Of a DNA stretch of 64,000 nt, positions 39,490 to 53,173 are shown one piece after another. The notes below the pieces were generated by a model. The model did no database searches, was not told the DNA's origin, and was given only the letters and a program-made list of their open reading frames with translations. This DNA is from Chiloscyllium plagiosum (Eukaryota): positions 90,611,756-90,675,755 of the forward strand of contig NC_057719.1 of NCBI RefSeq assembly GCF_004010195.1, in the 5' to 3' direction. Within the stretch, counting starts at the first letter, position 1; each line of letters opens with the position of its first letter. Position numbers and translations under genes: made by a program.

Positions 39490-41175
39490 AGTAATAGAAG
39501 CAGGAGTAGGTCATTTAGCCGGTTGAGCCTGCTCTGCCATTCATTAAGATCATGGCTGATCTATCCATCGTCTCAGCTCCTCCTACCTGCATTATCCCCA
39601 TCACCGTTAATTCCCCTCCTGTGCAAAAACCCATCCAACTATCTCTTGAATATACTGTTTATTTGTGCAGAGAATTCCATAGATCACTACTCTCTAGGAA
39701 AAGTAGTTGCGCCTCATTTTTGCCCGAAAGCTACTCCCTCTAATCTTGAGGCTATGTTCCCTAGTCCTGGGTCTCGCCCATCAGCGGAAACAACTTGCCT
39801 GCCTTTATCTTTTCTATCCCTTGCATAATTTTATATCTCTATAAAATCCCCTTTCATTCTTCTAAATTCTAGCGAGTACAGTCCCAGGCAGCTCAACTTC
39901 TCCTCATAGGGTAACCCTTCATCTCCGGAACCAACTTGGTGAACACACTGTGCACGGTCTCCAAAGCCAGTATATACTTCCTCAAGTAAGGAGACCAGAA
40001 CTGCGCATAATACTGCAGGTGTGGCCTCACCAACACCTTGTACAATTGTAGCAGAACCTCCCTGTTCTTAAATTTAATCCCTCTAGCAATGAAAGCCAAT
40101 ATTCCATTTGCTTTCCTAATTATCTGTTGTATCTGTAATAAACTTTTAGAGATTCATGTGCGAGCAGTCCTAAGTCTCTCTGCACAACATCTGGCATGTT
40201 GCAATCTTCCACCATTTAAATAATACTGACCTACTATTTTTACTTCAAAATTGGATAACCTCACATTTACCAACATTGTACTTCATCTACCAGACCCTTG
40301 CTAACTCACTTAACCTATCTAAAGCTCTCTGCAGACCCTCTACATCCTTTGCACAGTTTGCCTTTCCACTCAGTTTAGTGTCGTCAATAAACTTGGATAT
40401 ATTACACTTGGTCTTCGCTTTCACATCATTTATATGTATCATGAATAGTTGTGGGCCCTGTGGCACCGCACTCACCACTGATTTCTGACCAGAGAAGTGC
40501 CCATTTATCCCATCTCTTGGCTTTCTACCAGTCCTCTATCCATCCCCATGCATTCTTATCTTCTGGATGAGTCTTTTATGCAGCACCTTATCAAACGCCT
40601 TCTGGAAATCCAAGTATACAACATCCACCTGTTTCCCACCATCCACCATGCTTGTCACATCCTCCACTCCAGTAAGTTTGTCAAACACAACCTAACTTTC
40701 CTTTCTTGAATTGATACTGCGCCTGCCTGATGGAACCCCCTTCATCCAGATGTTTCACTATTTTCGTTAATGATAGCCTCCAGCATTTTCCCTGACCGCA
40801 GATGTTAAGCTAACTGGCCCATAGTTACCTGCCTTTTGCCTACACCCGTTTTTTAACAGCGGCGTCTTCCAGTCCACCAGGACCTGCCCGGAGTCCAATG
40901 AAGTTTGACTTGTGCCATTTTGATCAGCACCCTGGGATGCATTCCATCAGAACGACGGAACTTATATACCTTTTGACCCTCGAGTTTGCTCAACACTACC
41001 CCTTTCGTGATAACAACTGAATTGAGGTTCTCACCTCCAATCTTTTCTTAACCTCATTCTTTGGCATGTTAAACACGTCTTCCTCTGTGAAGGCAGACAC
41101 AAAATAGTTATTTTAGGCCTCAGCTATTTCAGCATTACCCAATGTTAATTTCCCTTTCTCATCCTGCAAGCGGCC
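39490..41175 (-). mobile_element. CR1 LINE, RT to tail
   Basis: LYKVLVRPHLQYYAQFWSPY, VPQG, ISKFIDDTK on the minus strand. Confidence 0.88.
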
Positions 41176-41323
41176 TATGTCTGCAGCATCTGGACCCGGG
41201 AGGCCTGGGTTGAAGTCCCACCTGGTCCAGGGGTGTGAGATAACGCCTCTGCAACGGTTGATTTAGACAATAAGAGAAAGCACCTGGGTCTTGTCACTCT
41301 TATGGCACAGTGGTAGTGCCATA

Positions 41324-41693
41324 AGGGGAGGCAATCACCGAGTGGTATTATCGCTGGACTGTTAATGCAAAGGCCCAAATAATGTTCTAGGAAATCGGGT
41401 TCGAATCCCGCCATGGCCGATGGTGGAATTTGAATTCAATAATAAAAGAAAATTTGGAATTCAAGAGTCTAATGATGACCATGAATCCATTGTCAATTGT
41501 TGTTGTAAAACCCCATCTGGTTCACTCATGCCCTTTTAGGGAAGGAAACTGTCATCCTTACCTGGTCTGGACTACATGTGACTCCAGACCCGCATGAAAT
41601 GTGGTTGACTCTCAACTGGCCTCTGGGCAATTAGGGATAGGCAATAAATGCTGGTTTAGCCAGCGATGCCCTCATCCTGTCAATGAATAAAAA
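41324..41693 (+). mobile_element. Second tRNA-derived SINE family (minus-strand copies at about 20720-21045, 25095-25225, 30205-31085)
   Basis: A-box-like agtggtattatc, B box gggttcgaatcc, tail ggcaataaatgctgg...aatgaataaaaa. Confidence 0.75.
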
Positions 41694-42896
41694 GTTTCCC
41701 TGTCCCTGGGTCTGAAAGTCCCGGGTTCAAATTCCAGCTGCATCCTGTCTATGAACAGGTTGATTTTAAAAAAAAAACTTTGGTTTTAGTGACTTTGGTA
41801 TTTTGTTTTAATTGGTAGCATTTTTAAAAAATAAGCTGGGCTTTTAGGGGCTGTGGTGCAAAATCCCCACCCCTCTCTTCTATCCCTCACATACTCCTTC
41901 CTATTTTTCTTGTTTTTTGTCTTTTACATCCCCTGATGAGAAATGTTTGTAATAATTTGTTAATTGTATGTTTTTATTTAACCATGGTGTTAGTTTTTTA
42001 AATAAAGAGCTGTGTTCTTCCCCAGCGTGGCATTTGGATTGGGTAAGTGCCAGAAGGGAAAAATAGAAATTGGTGTTTGTTCTAAAGTCATAATTTACAA
42101 TCAGACTGTTGTAAATATCTGCAAATCTTTTGTTGCCTAATTGAACATGTGAATATCAATCTGTTAAAGTGTTGTAACCTGATCAGGCCAATAACTTACA
42201 GCTTAAACCATTTCACACACGAGTATGAACTGATCCTTGCTCAATATTCCATAGTGCTTCAATCTCTCATTAATCTTTTGTGTTCTAAACTGCTACTGCA
42301 TGCATAGCAATCCACTTGCTGCTTGTGATAGATTTAGTGCACCAATCCTGTACAAATATAACCTATTCCATGCTCCAAAGCTAATTGGGAATAGCAATGT
42401 ATGATTTTCAGTGTATCCTCTAAATTGTTATTGCACACTGACTGGTAAATTGCGATTGAGGAGAGTTTGGGTCAAAGGTGAGCTTCAATGTTGGGTTGCA
42501 TTTTCAGTACCATGTATGAAATGCTATGTTCCTTATTGGCATTGTGATAGAGCGGAATTTATTTTAGAGAGAGCTTGTGTGAAAACAGGTGTTTCAGGAT
42601 TGCATATAATTTGGGATTGTTTTCACTGAAAAAAGCTTGCTCATGTGTTTCGTCTATGAAGTGACCTGCTACATTTTAAAATACCTATGTAAACACTAGT
42701 GATCGTGTCCCACGCCTAATTAACCAAAAACAAAAGTTGTCTGTGTCGCTCAATTTGCTGTTACATGATGCTAATTGACAAATGTTTACATGGCTTCTTG
42801 AGCTTGACAGGAGTCACCAGTGATTCATTTTGGCTTGTACATTGGAGTCTCGCATGGAGATCATTACAACCAAAGCACTAGTTCTGTGTTGCTAAT

Positions 42897-43355
42897 ATTA
42901 GATTAGATTAGATTACTTACAGTGTGGAAACAGGCCCTTCGGCCCAACAAGTCCACACCGACCCGCCGAAGCGCACCCACCCAGACCCATTCCCCTACAT
43001 TTACCCCTGCACCTAACACTACAGGCAATTTAGCGTGGCCAATTCACCTAACCTGCACATTTTTGGAGTGTGGGAGGAAACCGGAGCACCCGGAGGAAAC
43101 CCACGCAGACACGGGGAGAATGTGCAAACTCCACACAGTCGGTCGCCTGAGGCGGGAATTGAACCCGGGTCTCTGGCGCTGTGAGGCAGCAGTGCTAACC
43201 ACTGTGCCACCGTGTTTCAACTCGAAACAATGTTGTCACTCGAAGTGACAGAAATTCAAAATCAATTCACAGTCGGTCGCCTGAGGCGGGAATTGAACCC
43301 GGGTCTCTGGCGCTGTGAGGCAGCAGTGCTAACCACTGTGCCACCGTGCCGCCCA
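42897..43355 (-). mobile_element. Young HE1-type SINE with duplicated head
   Basis: CpG-intact copy with (AGATT)n tail; head repeated at 43268-43355. Confidence 0.9.
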
Positions 43356-43581
43356 CCAAGTGTTTCAACTCGAAACAATATTGTCACTCGAAGTGACAGA
43401 AATTCAAAATCAATTGTACGAAACGTATTTCTTTCCATACCTACTTGAATTATTTTTGACGTGTCCCTGGGCTAGTTGGGAGCTGGTAGCTGTTTCTGAC
43501 ATTTGTTCCTCACCTCTAACCATATGTCCAGTGGCCAAGAACAAACAACCTGAGATAACTGAATTGATAACGACACCCTAA

Positions 43582-43722
43582 GTATCCTTCCTGATGAAGG
43601 GCTTTTGCCCGAAATGTCAATTTTCCTGCTTGTTGAATGCTGCCTGACCTGCTGTGCTTTTCCAGCATCACTCCAATCTTGACTCTAGTCTCTGGCATCT
43701 GCAGTACCCGTTTCTGCCTACT
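43582..43722 (+). mobile_element. Short PLE terminal-repeat insertion
   Basis: Begins ttcctgatgaagggcttttgcccgaaa; 10-bp TSD GACACCCTAA at 43572-43581 and 43723-43732. Confidence 0.82.
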
Positions 43723-43859
43723 GACACCCTAAATGTCCACTATCTTGTCTTAGCATTCCTATGATGTTGCTATCCTGATATTTGTTGGAGCTTTTTTGGA
43801 GTGGAGCTCCACAAGTATCAAGTTCATTGATGGCAGTTTGAATATTGGTTTAATTGTCA

Positions 43860-45410
43860 CGTAGAGTCATAGAGATGTACAGCATGGAAACATTCTGCTT
43901 TTCTACCACTTCCTCTGGCAGCTCATTCCATACATGCACCAGCTTTTGAAAAAGTTGACCCTTAGGTCCCTTTTAAATCTTTCCCCTAAATCTTTCCCCT
44001 AAATCTATGCCCTCTAGTTCTGAACTCGCCCAACCCAGGGAAAAGACCATGTCTGCTTATGCTATCCATGCCTGTCATGATTTTATAAACCTCCTGTAAG
44101 GTCATCCCTTAGCCTCTGACATTCTAGGGAAAACAGCCCCAGCCTATTCAGCCCCTCCCGATAGCTCAAATCCTCTAACTCTGGCAACATCCTTGTAAAT
44201 CTTTTCTGAACCCTTTCAACTTTGACAACATCTTTCCTATAGGAGAGATGTATGACTCTATGATAACCATAACTTTCGACAAGGTCCATTATGGTAGGAT
44301 CATCCAGAAGTTCAGATGCATGAGATTCACGGTGCCTTGGCCACGTGGATTCAGAATTGGCTTGCTCATAGAAGATAGAGGGTTGTGGTGAAAGGGTGTT
44401 TTTCCAGGCTGGAGGTCTGTGACGAGGCGTGGTCCTCAGGGATCTGTACTATGACATCTGCTGTTTGTGATATATGACTTAAATGACTTGAATTAAAATA
44501 TATATGGGGGGGAAGACTTAGTAAGTTTACAGATGATACAAAGATAGGTGGAGTTGTGGATAGTGTAAATTGCTGTCGAAGGATACAGCAGGATATCGAT
44601 CAGTTGCAGATTTGGGCGGCAGAATGACAGATGCAGTTGAATCCAGGTAAATGTGAGGTGCTGCACTTCGGGAGATCAAATGTTAAGGAAAAGTATACAT
44701 TTAATGGCAGGGCCCTGAACAGCATTGATTTACAGAAGGATCTTGCAGTTCAAGTCCATAGCTTCCTGAAAGTGGTCACACAAGTAGATAGGGTTATAAA
44801 GAAGGCATATGGGGTGCTTGCCTTTATTGGTCAGGGAACTGAGTACACAATTCAGAATGTCATGTTGCACCTTTATAAGCTTTGGTTAGGCCACAGATCG
44901 AGTATTACGTTCAATTCTGGTTGTCACGTTACAGGAAGGATGTGGAGGGTTTGGAGACGGTGCAGAAGAGGTTTACTTGGATTAGAGGATATAAGCTGTA
45001 AGGAGTGACTAGAAAAACTCAGGTTGGTTTTGCTGGAGTGATGGATGCTGAGGGGATACTTAACAGAAGTCTATAAAATTATGAAATGGATAGATAGGGT
45101 TGATGATCAGAATCTTTTTCGCAGTTGAAATGTCTAATACGAGGAGGCATGCATTTACGGTCAGGGGAGAAGTTCAAAGGAGGTGTGAGGGGTAAGGTTT
45201 GTTATATTGAGAATAGTAGGAGTCGGGACCACGCTGCCAGGGGTGGTGGTGGAGGCAGATACGTTTGGCATTTAAGGCACTTTTAGGTATGCAAGGAATG
45301 GAGGGATATGTACCAATGGCAGGCAGAATGGATTAGTTTAATTTGGTGTCATGTTCGGCTCAACATCATGGGCTGAAGGGTTCATTCCTATGCTGTACCG
45401 TTCTATGTTC
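43860..45410. mobile_element. CR1 LINE fragments (minus 43860-44245, plus 44270-45410)
   Basis: YRKDVVKVERVQKRFTRM on minus; LNPGKCEVLHFGRSN on plus. Confidence 0.85.
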
Positions 45411-45540
45411 TCTAATGGATAATATCACCAGTATAATTGGCCAAATCCCTCAAAAGACAAATCCATAGAATTTAAATTGCACATTTAGAAGATGGGGAAT
45501 CGTGTTTACATTTGCCCATGTTTTCTGAATCCCATTCTAG

Positions 45541-45657
45541 CTGGATTCCCGACTTGATAGCCCTGGGAATGCAAGGGAGCGGAAGATCGAGTTCACCTTT
45601 GATTACTGTTACTGGTCGGTAGATCCTGACTCTGCAAACTTTGCACCTCAGGAACTG
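45541..45657 (+). CDS. STARD9: STARD9 coding exon 3
   Basis: Acceptor cccattctAG, donor CTG|GTAAGC, 117 nt, phase 0; LDSRLDSPGNARERKIEFTFDYCYWSVDPDSANFAPQEL contains the kinesin-3 FDYCYWS motif. Confidence 0.95.
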
Positions 45658-47299
45658 GTAAGCATTGAGCAATATTATCAGATTCCTGTTTATGCATTGC
45701 AGCATTTTTTTTCAAGCATATACTTACTATTGTCATCCATTGTTTTAAGATTGCCATTGTGTTTGGCTAATTGACTGTTGGAAACATGGCCACTAAGCAT
45801 AGCTGTCGGATTTAACATTTCTTTGATTAATAGTGCTCTCGCACTAATATATTGCACTCATCTATTGAGATTCACATCTGCTAATATAGAAGCATGTTGT
45901 ATAAATTCAGTGTCTGATCTACTATACTATAGAAGATATAGAGCAACTCAATGCTATATAATGAAATCTTTTGAATGACCAATCTGTTTAAAATTCAGAT
46001 GCGGGAGCTCTACCAATGAAGCCAAGCTGATATGCAAGTGTAATGCATTGTATTCCCATTTGAATTATCCACTCTATCTTATAAATGTATCTGAAAGAGT
46101 TTTTTTTTGAGACATTTATCAATATGTCTAAAAGGACAGTAAAGCAAACATGTTTTGAACTCAATATATTTTGTAGCTTTTTTGCACTTTATGGTGGCTC
46201 ATTGTTATCTGTTTATTTTTGAAATGCAATGTTGATCATGTTATGTGCTATTTGGCATGTAAAACGGAGTTTCAACTCGCTGAGAATCTCTTCCATGTTG
46301 GCACTGCGGATCAGTTTCACTCCTGTTAATTGCTGTTGTGTGCGCGTGCGTCAGTGTTGTATGTACATGTAATAGCCTGTCTTGATTCAGGGTTGAAATC
46401 CAATCCACTTGTAGGGAAGGCAGAACAGATTACAATATCAACCATGAGCAAAGCTGTTGGCCACCTGAGCCCAGGTATTAAATTCTTGTCTCAGCAGGAA
46501 ATATATTGCTCCTGTAAATGAGGTTTTGAATTTTCATTTGCAATTTTTTTCTTCTTCATTGATGTATTTGACACATTACTGTATGAGATGGGGTAAAGGA
46601 GGTCACTCATTATATTTTGTTGTACAAAAAGATTTTGTTGTTGTTTGGAGGAAGATTAATTTACTTTAAGTGTGTAGAAGGTTGTGCTTGGCAATAGATG
46701 TTTCACCTCCAGGTAGCGAGCTATGTTAAACAACAGGAAATGCAGGGTAAATCAGGAGAAACTGTTTTGACTGACAGGAGGATTGCTAACCAAACAGTTT
46801 TACTTTAAGGTACTTAACAAACAGGAAACAGTTTGAATTATGATTAATTGGAATGTCTTCCTTCAGACTGATCCTAACTTACACGAGGGGATTGGCTTAA
46901 AACAGGAAAAGGAAAAAGATTTTCAGGACTTTGGAAAAGAGTGAGAGCTGGGGTCCACTTGAGTTGCCGTTTGCAAGAGTGAGCAAGGGCGTGGCAGGCT
47001 GAATGGCCACTTTTCATATTGTACACTACTGTAATTCTGCAAATAAAAACAGGTCTATGTCTGTTTATCACTCAATTAAACATTAGTGAGATAATAAAAT
47101 TGACATCTTTGCTTATACTGAAAAGCAATTTACAAAACTCAGGCCTGTTCCATATTTCAGTTCCAATTTATGCCAATCCCACCGCAGAACTTAGTTCCTT
47201 AATATCAAGGGACATCCTCATTCTTAGAGAAAGCAGTACTAAAAATCTTGGAAATAGAAGTATAAACCTTCACACAAGGTAAAGCTGTAGGTTATTTCT

Positions 47300-48215
47300 G
47301 TCGGAGTTCCTCAGCGTAGTGTGTACTAAGTCCAAACATCTTCAGCTGCTTCATGAATGACATAATCTCCATCAGAAGGCCAGGAGCGGGAAGTTTGCTG
47401 ATGATCGTACAATGTTCGGCACCATGAGTGATTCCTCAGATACTGAAGCAGTCCATATTCAAATACAGCAATGCCTGGGCAATTTCTAGGCTTGGGCTGA
47501 CATTTACACCACACAAATGCCAGGCAATGACCATCTCCAATAAGGGACTATCTAGCCACCTTCCCTTGACATTCAGTAGTGCTACTATCACTGAATTCCC
47601 CCCTAACCATTGACCAAAAACTCAACTGGACTTGCCCATAAACACAGTGGCTTTAGGAATACTGTGGCGAGTAACTCATTTCCTGACTCCTCAAAGTCTG
47701 ACCACCATCTACAAAGCACAAGTCAGGAGTGCGATGGAATACTGTGCACTTGCCTGGATGGGTGCAGCTCCAACAACAAGCAAGAAGCTTGACCCCACCC
47801 TGGACAAAGTAGCCCACTTAATTGGCATCACAACCACAAACATCCAATCCCCCTCCACCGATGCTAAGTAGCAGCAATGTAAACTTACCTAGAAGATGTA
47901 CTGCTAACGATCTTTATATAACATCTTCCAAATCCACGATCATCTAGAAAGACAGCAGATACATGGAACGTCACCATGGAATGGCATGTTCGCCTCCAAG
48001 CCACTCACCATCCTGATTTGGAAATATGTCACGTTTCCTTCAATGGTGCTGGGTCAAAATTCTGGAATTTCCAACAGCATTGTGGGTCTGCCTGCAGCAC
48101 ATTGGATTGCAGGAGTTCAAGAAGGCTGTTGGCCATCATCTTCTCAAGGACAACTCAGGACAGGCTCTAAATGCTGGTTACTGTCAGCCAACAGTACATG
48201 AGAGAATTTTTAAAA
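47300..48215 (+). mobile_element. Second LINE family, RT C-terminus and tail (tail pieces also at about 51600-51725 and 56120-56335)
   Basis: FADD-like tttgctgatgat at about 47394; LTPQSLTTIYKAQVRSAMEY. Confidence 0.75.
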
Positions 48216-48799
48216 AATTGCTGGGCTTAAATCTGAATTTTTTTTAATGAAAAAGGAAAGTTTACACAACATTTTCATGGAGAAGTCAAAAACAAAATCA
48301 GCATGACCTGTAAGTGTAAATAGTTAGAAGCTATCAACTCATCTTCAATACATTCTTCCTCAATATGTGCACTTTCTACTCTGGGGACATAAATTGTCTG
48401 TATTAACAAGCTCCTGTCCAATGTTTCAATATATAATCTCAGCAAAACAAAAGACAAATGTTCTCGTCAATTAAGACATTATTGAGATAATGTCGGCTTA
48501 AAACGTTGATGGTTACATGGATACACTGAATGTCGAATTTCCTGAGTACATTTCCAGCTGCAGACTGTATGTTGCTGCTCACTCATGTTTCACTTCTACC
48601 TAAAATCAGACAGTTTTAAACAAACAAGATTGGCATCCTCTAAATACTGCTAGATTTATCAATAATTTTGCCTGCTACTTAGAATCTTTGGCAGTCTCTT
48701 GTAGAGTTAATCTTTTCACCCATATTTCTTCATCTGGGATGAGAGAGCTGTGGAAAAAAATAAATTAATTGTGTTCAGAGTTGGTGCCAGCGTATAATT

Positions 48800-49160
48800 T
48801 TATAGAAATGTGAAAAATTATGAAGGAAATAGATGAGAGAGAGAGAGAAGCAGAGTCTTTTTTCCCACTAGAAAATGAAACTAGAACTAGGGGCCATAGC
48901 CTCAAAACTAGAGGGAGCAGATTTAGAAATGAGTTGAGGAGGAACCTCTTTACCCCAAGTGTTGAGATTCTGTGGAATTCCTTGTCCAGTGAAGCAAGGA
49001 TAGATAGATTTTTGAAGAGTAAAATAATTCAGGTTTATGGTGAGTAGGTTGGCAAGTGGAGCTGAGTCCACAAAAAGATCAGCCATGATCTTATTGACTG
49101 GTGGAGCAGGCTCGATAGGTTAGATGGCCTATTCCTGCTCCTACTTCTTATGTTCTTATG
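48800..49160 (+). mobile_element. LINE 3' end
   Basis: TRTRGHSLK..RNLFT peptide and ttcttatg tail repeats. Confidence 0.75.
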
Positions 49161-49274
49161 CTAAGCCAGCAATGCCATGCTCATTGTCTGGATTACTGTA
49201 TTATACCCAAAAACGTCTGTCTGATGAACTGACCACTGGGACACAACCTCCTGGATTCCATACCTTTCAAGAAG

Positions 49275-49605
49275 TGGGCAACATAGTGGCTCAGTGGTTC
49301 GCACTGCTGCCTCACAGTGCCAGGGACCTGGGTTCGGTTCCAACTTCGGGCGACTGTGTGCGGAATTTGCACCTTCTCTCCATGTCTGTGTGGCTTTCCT
49401 CTGGGTGCTCCAGTTTCCTCCCGCAGTCAAAAGGTGTGCAGGTCCGGTGAATTGGCCGTGCTAAATTGTCCATAGTGTTCAGGGATGTGTAGGGTAGGTA
49501 CTTCAGGGGTAAATATAGGAAAATGGGTCTGGGTGAGTTACTCTTTGGAGGGCTGGTGTGGACTTGTTGGGCTGAAGGGCCTGTTTCCACACTAGGGATT
49601 CTATA
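49275..49605 (+). mobile_element. HE1-type SINE
   Basis: Full length. Confidence 0.85.
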
Positions 49606-52600
49606 TTTTGTATTCTGAAACCTGCCCATGAGATATGTATGTGCATTAAAACTGATGACTAAAGGCACTTACTGAAGGTTGTGACCTCTGGAAGCTGACT
49701 GCTGGCATGAGCACTGGACAAGGTGAGCAGAAATGAAAAGCTCTGCTAACTGAGAGGAGAGCCCAGGGAAAACGAAGACCATCTATTCATTCACCTTCTT
49801 GATCTGTTGTTTTCCTTTGCAGCAGAGACTATCCTGCCAGAGTGGGACTCCTGACCACACCAGGGGATGTTTTACTACTGTTGATCACTGATGCAAACTG
49901 AGAGTGATGCCAATAATGTTGCAATGGATTAAGTGTCTTACATGTGTGGAAATATGAGCACTATTGTATGATGAGCATGTAACATATCTTTATGTATTGT
50001 CTCATACGTTCATAAATTATGTTCTTACAAGAGTACAAACATGATTTATGTATTCTTTTACAGGAGGTATTGTGTAATAATAATAATGTATTAAGCTTCC
50101 TGTGGTCTGCTGCACAGGCATTTCATGCCTGAACTTGTTGGCTGTTATCATATGCCATTTGTGAGGCATGTTCAAAACCCTTGGAGGTCCACAGCAGATT
50201 AATGACATTAACTCCTTTGAATGATAGAAATAAAGAATGGCTCGGACTTGATCAAGTTGAATATCTGATGTTTCAAGTGTCGAGCATTTGATGCAGAAAA
50301 ACATGCTAAGGTTTTAAGGAAAATATGTATATTTCAGTTGTAGGACTGACAGGGTAATAATGAGAATCTTGTTCTTCTCATAGAAATCCAAAGGTTTCTT
50401 TGTTTGTAATTTTGAGTGCGTCATAAATGGATTAACAAAGAGAATAAATATGACAAGGCGGTTTGACCCACCAGGTACATTTATTTTGAAACAAAAGAGG
50501 GTGAAGGGCTCCTTTACATGTGATCTTAATCTTTCTACTTCAGTCAATTTGAAACCTGAGCCTGGGCACAATCAATGTAATGATATACCATTCCCTTGGA
50601 AATGGGAGACAAAATGTGAAGGTTTTTAGCAAAAACAGTAGTTTTCCATAGAATGGTTTGGAAATTGCAATGCCCAAAACCTTTGCCAGATTGAAACAAG
50701 TTAGTCTTCAAATCATTTCATGTTGATGTTTACCCTTCTCTGAAGCAGGGATGCTCGTCCCATATTAGCATTGCCTCTATCTCAGTGGTTGAAAAGTAGA
50801 AATAAACCGTTCTACAGTGAAGACATGGCAACTTCTTGGATCACTAATTCCACAACTTCCCAACTTCTGAAAGCTGTGGTAGTTTATTTAGTTCATTTAA
50901 TCTTGTCTCTATTTTTCTGTACTCTGTGCTATATCTTCCTAATTTTAAATACCTCTTCCGTGACCCTGCAATCCCATCTTTCCAAAGCAAATTGCCTTGA
51001 GGGTCCTTTTCTTCATATTTCCTCTTAACAGGCATGTTCTCATGCAACAAGAACGGAAGTTGCTGGAGAAACTCAGCAAAACTGCCTGCATCTGGGAAAG
51101 AGAAAACAGAATTAATGTTTTAAGTCCAGTGACCCTACCGAGTATCTCCAGTTTGTTTTAGTTTCAGATTTCTAACATCTGCAGTGTTTTGTTTTGGTTT
51201 ATGGTTCTAGTGCATCCTCTATAAGCCTTCGCTAATGAAGAATACAGAACTGCATAAGGTTTCCAGTCCTGACCTTGTTGCAGTTTGATGTAGAGTGACC
51301 GATGCATCTCAGCTATCATGTTCCATTCTTCAACCTAAAATTCAGAAAAAAACTCTTCTCAGAGTCTAATTTGCTTGACAAGCTGCTTTTCACATCTCAT
51401 GTACTTGATATCTTCATTCCCTCTTTGCTTGCACATCACTTAACATTGACACGTTTCAACTATAATTGCACATTCAGCCAATTGAAGAAAGGTTTCCATT
51501 ACTCATTTTACTTATCAATCCAGTTATTTGAATTGTCAGTTTAGTTATGTGACCAATATATTGGACAACAGTGTGATCCAGACATCGTTACTCTCCCACA
51601 ACTGTCCCTCACCCCACACCACATTGCACTGGAGTAGTTCAAGAAGATAGCTCACCACAGCTTCTCAATTGAGGATGAGCAATTAATGTAGGCCTTGCCA
51701 GTGATGCCCATACCTATGAACAAATCAGAAAGCATCATTCATATAACTAAGAAATGACTTATTTTGGTGTGTCTTTGCACCAGGGAGTGTTGAGATAAGA
51801 CTTTTTTTGCATGACAACCATACAAAGGCCACAGTAAGCTAATGCGACTCTAGTACAACAAATGTAGTTTTAAGGCAAACTTTAAGGAACATTTCATACT
51901 GAAATTGTAACCTTATGAGCTTCCAGCATTATTTGAATTGCTGTATTTAAAACAAAATTATAAAGCATCAGAGCCAAACTCAAAATTTCAAGTAAAAGTC
52001 AGCATTTAGCCACTAATTATGCTGTGTGGATAATTCACGCTGATATTGCTCTTACTGCTGAGGAGTGTTGCATTATCTAGCACTGTGTTTTGGATGATAA
52101 GTTTAATTGATGCCCCTTTGGCTCACTTGTGAGCAGTATTCCCTCTAATTTTTCTTTGCAGCTGCATGACTCTCTGAGATACATGTGTGCAGTGACCTTC
52201 TGGAATCAGTGATGCCAATTGACATGCACAGAACTTTGAAGTGGCTGTCACACACTGCTTAGAGGGAACAGGGTTTGTGAGTACAGAAGAACCCATGGCA
52301 TTAATTAAAGAAGAGTAGGAAAGCTCTCCCAGTGCCTTGACAATGTTTATCCTTGCTTCAACATTATCTGGTTGTGGCATGGTGCCTACTTCCTGACATT
52401 ATACTGCAACTAAAACTGAGAGTGTGAAATGTCTTGAGATTCTGATTGTGCAATATAAATGAAAAAAATCCTTATTTTCAAGGTACAAATTTAAAATTGA
52501 ATTTGTTTTCCTTAACATAATTTTGAAATATATTAAGAATATTTTTGTCAAGCAAGTAAATTCATTTGTTTTTTCATTATCTTTATTGACAGCTGCTAAA

Positions 52601-53173
52601 TGCAAGTCATCTAGTACTTGACCATTTTCACATTTCAGTTTTGACAATGTGGGTGCGAGTAGGGCATGACAGAAATCCCTATTGCATCGAACTTGGAATT
52701 TGACCAGTTTCCAACAGAGTATCAGGACAGTGAATGGGAGCAGGGGCCCAAACATTGGCATTCTAGGCATTCGGGTCAGTTTTAGAAATTTAGCTCTGGA
52801 TTTAAGCAAGGAGCTGACTATAAACCAGGAAGCTTTCCTGCACTTCCTGCTCTGTGCGAAATCCATACAGTTGGTACGAGTCAAATTAGACAGGAACTGG
52901 GGAATGTAGATTGGAAGCGGTTATTGAGGGCAAATCTATATCTGGCATGTGGGAGACTTTTAAAGACCAGTTGATTAAAGTGCAAGACATACATGTCCCT
53001 GCAAAACTGAAGGATAGGAATGGCAAGATTCAAGAACCATGGATGACAAAGAAAATTGTAAGCTTAGTAGAAAGGAAAAAGAAAGCAGATGATAGGTCTA
53101 GGCAGCTACAAACTGACGAAGCCCTTGAGGAGAATAGAGAAATTAGGGAGGAACGTAAACATGGAATTAAGAA

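Noticed and set aside
42922..43248. Recurring ORFs such as MWKQALRPNK... (also 58207-58533)
   Set aside because: Chance translations of the HE1 SINE antisense strand.
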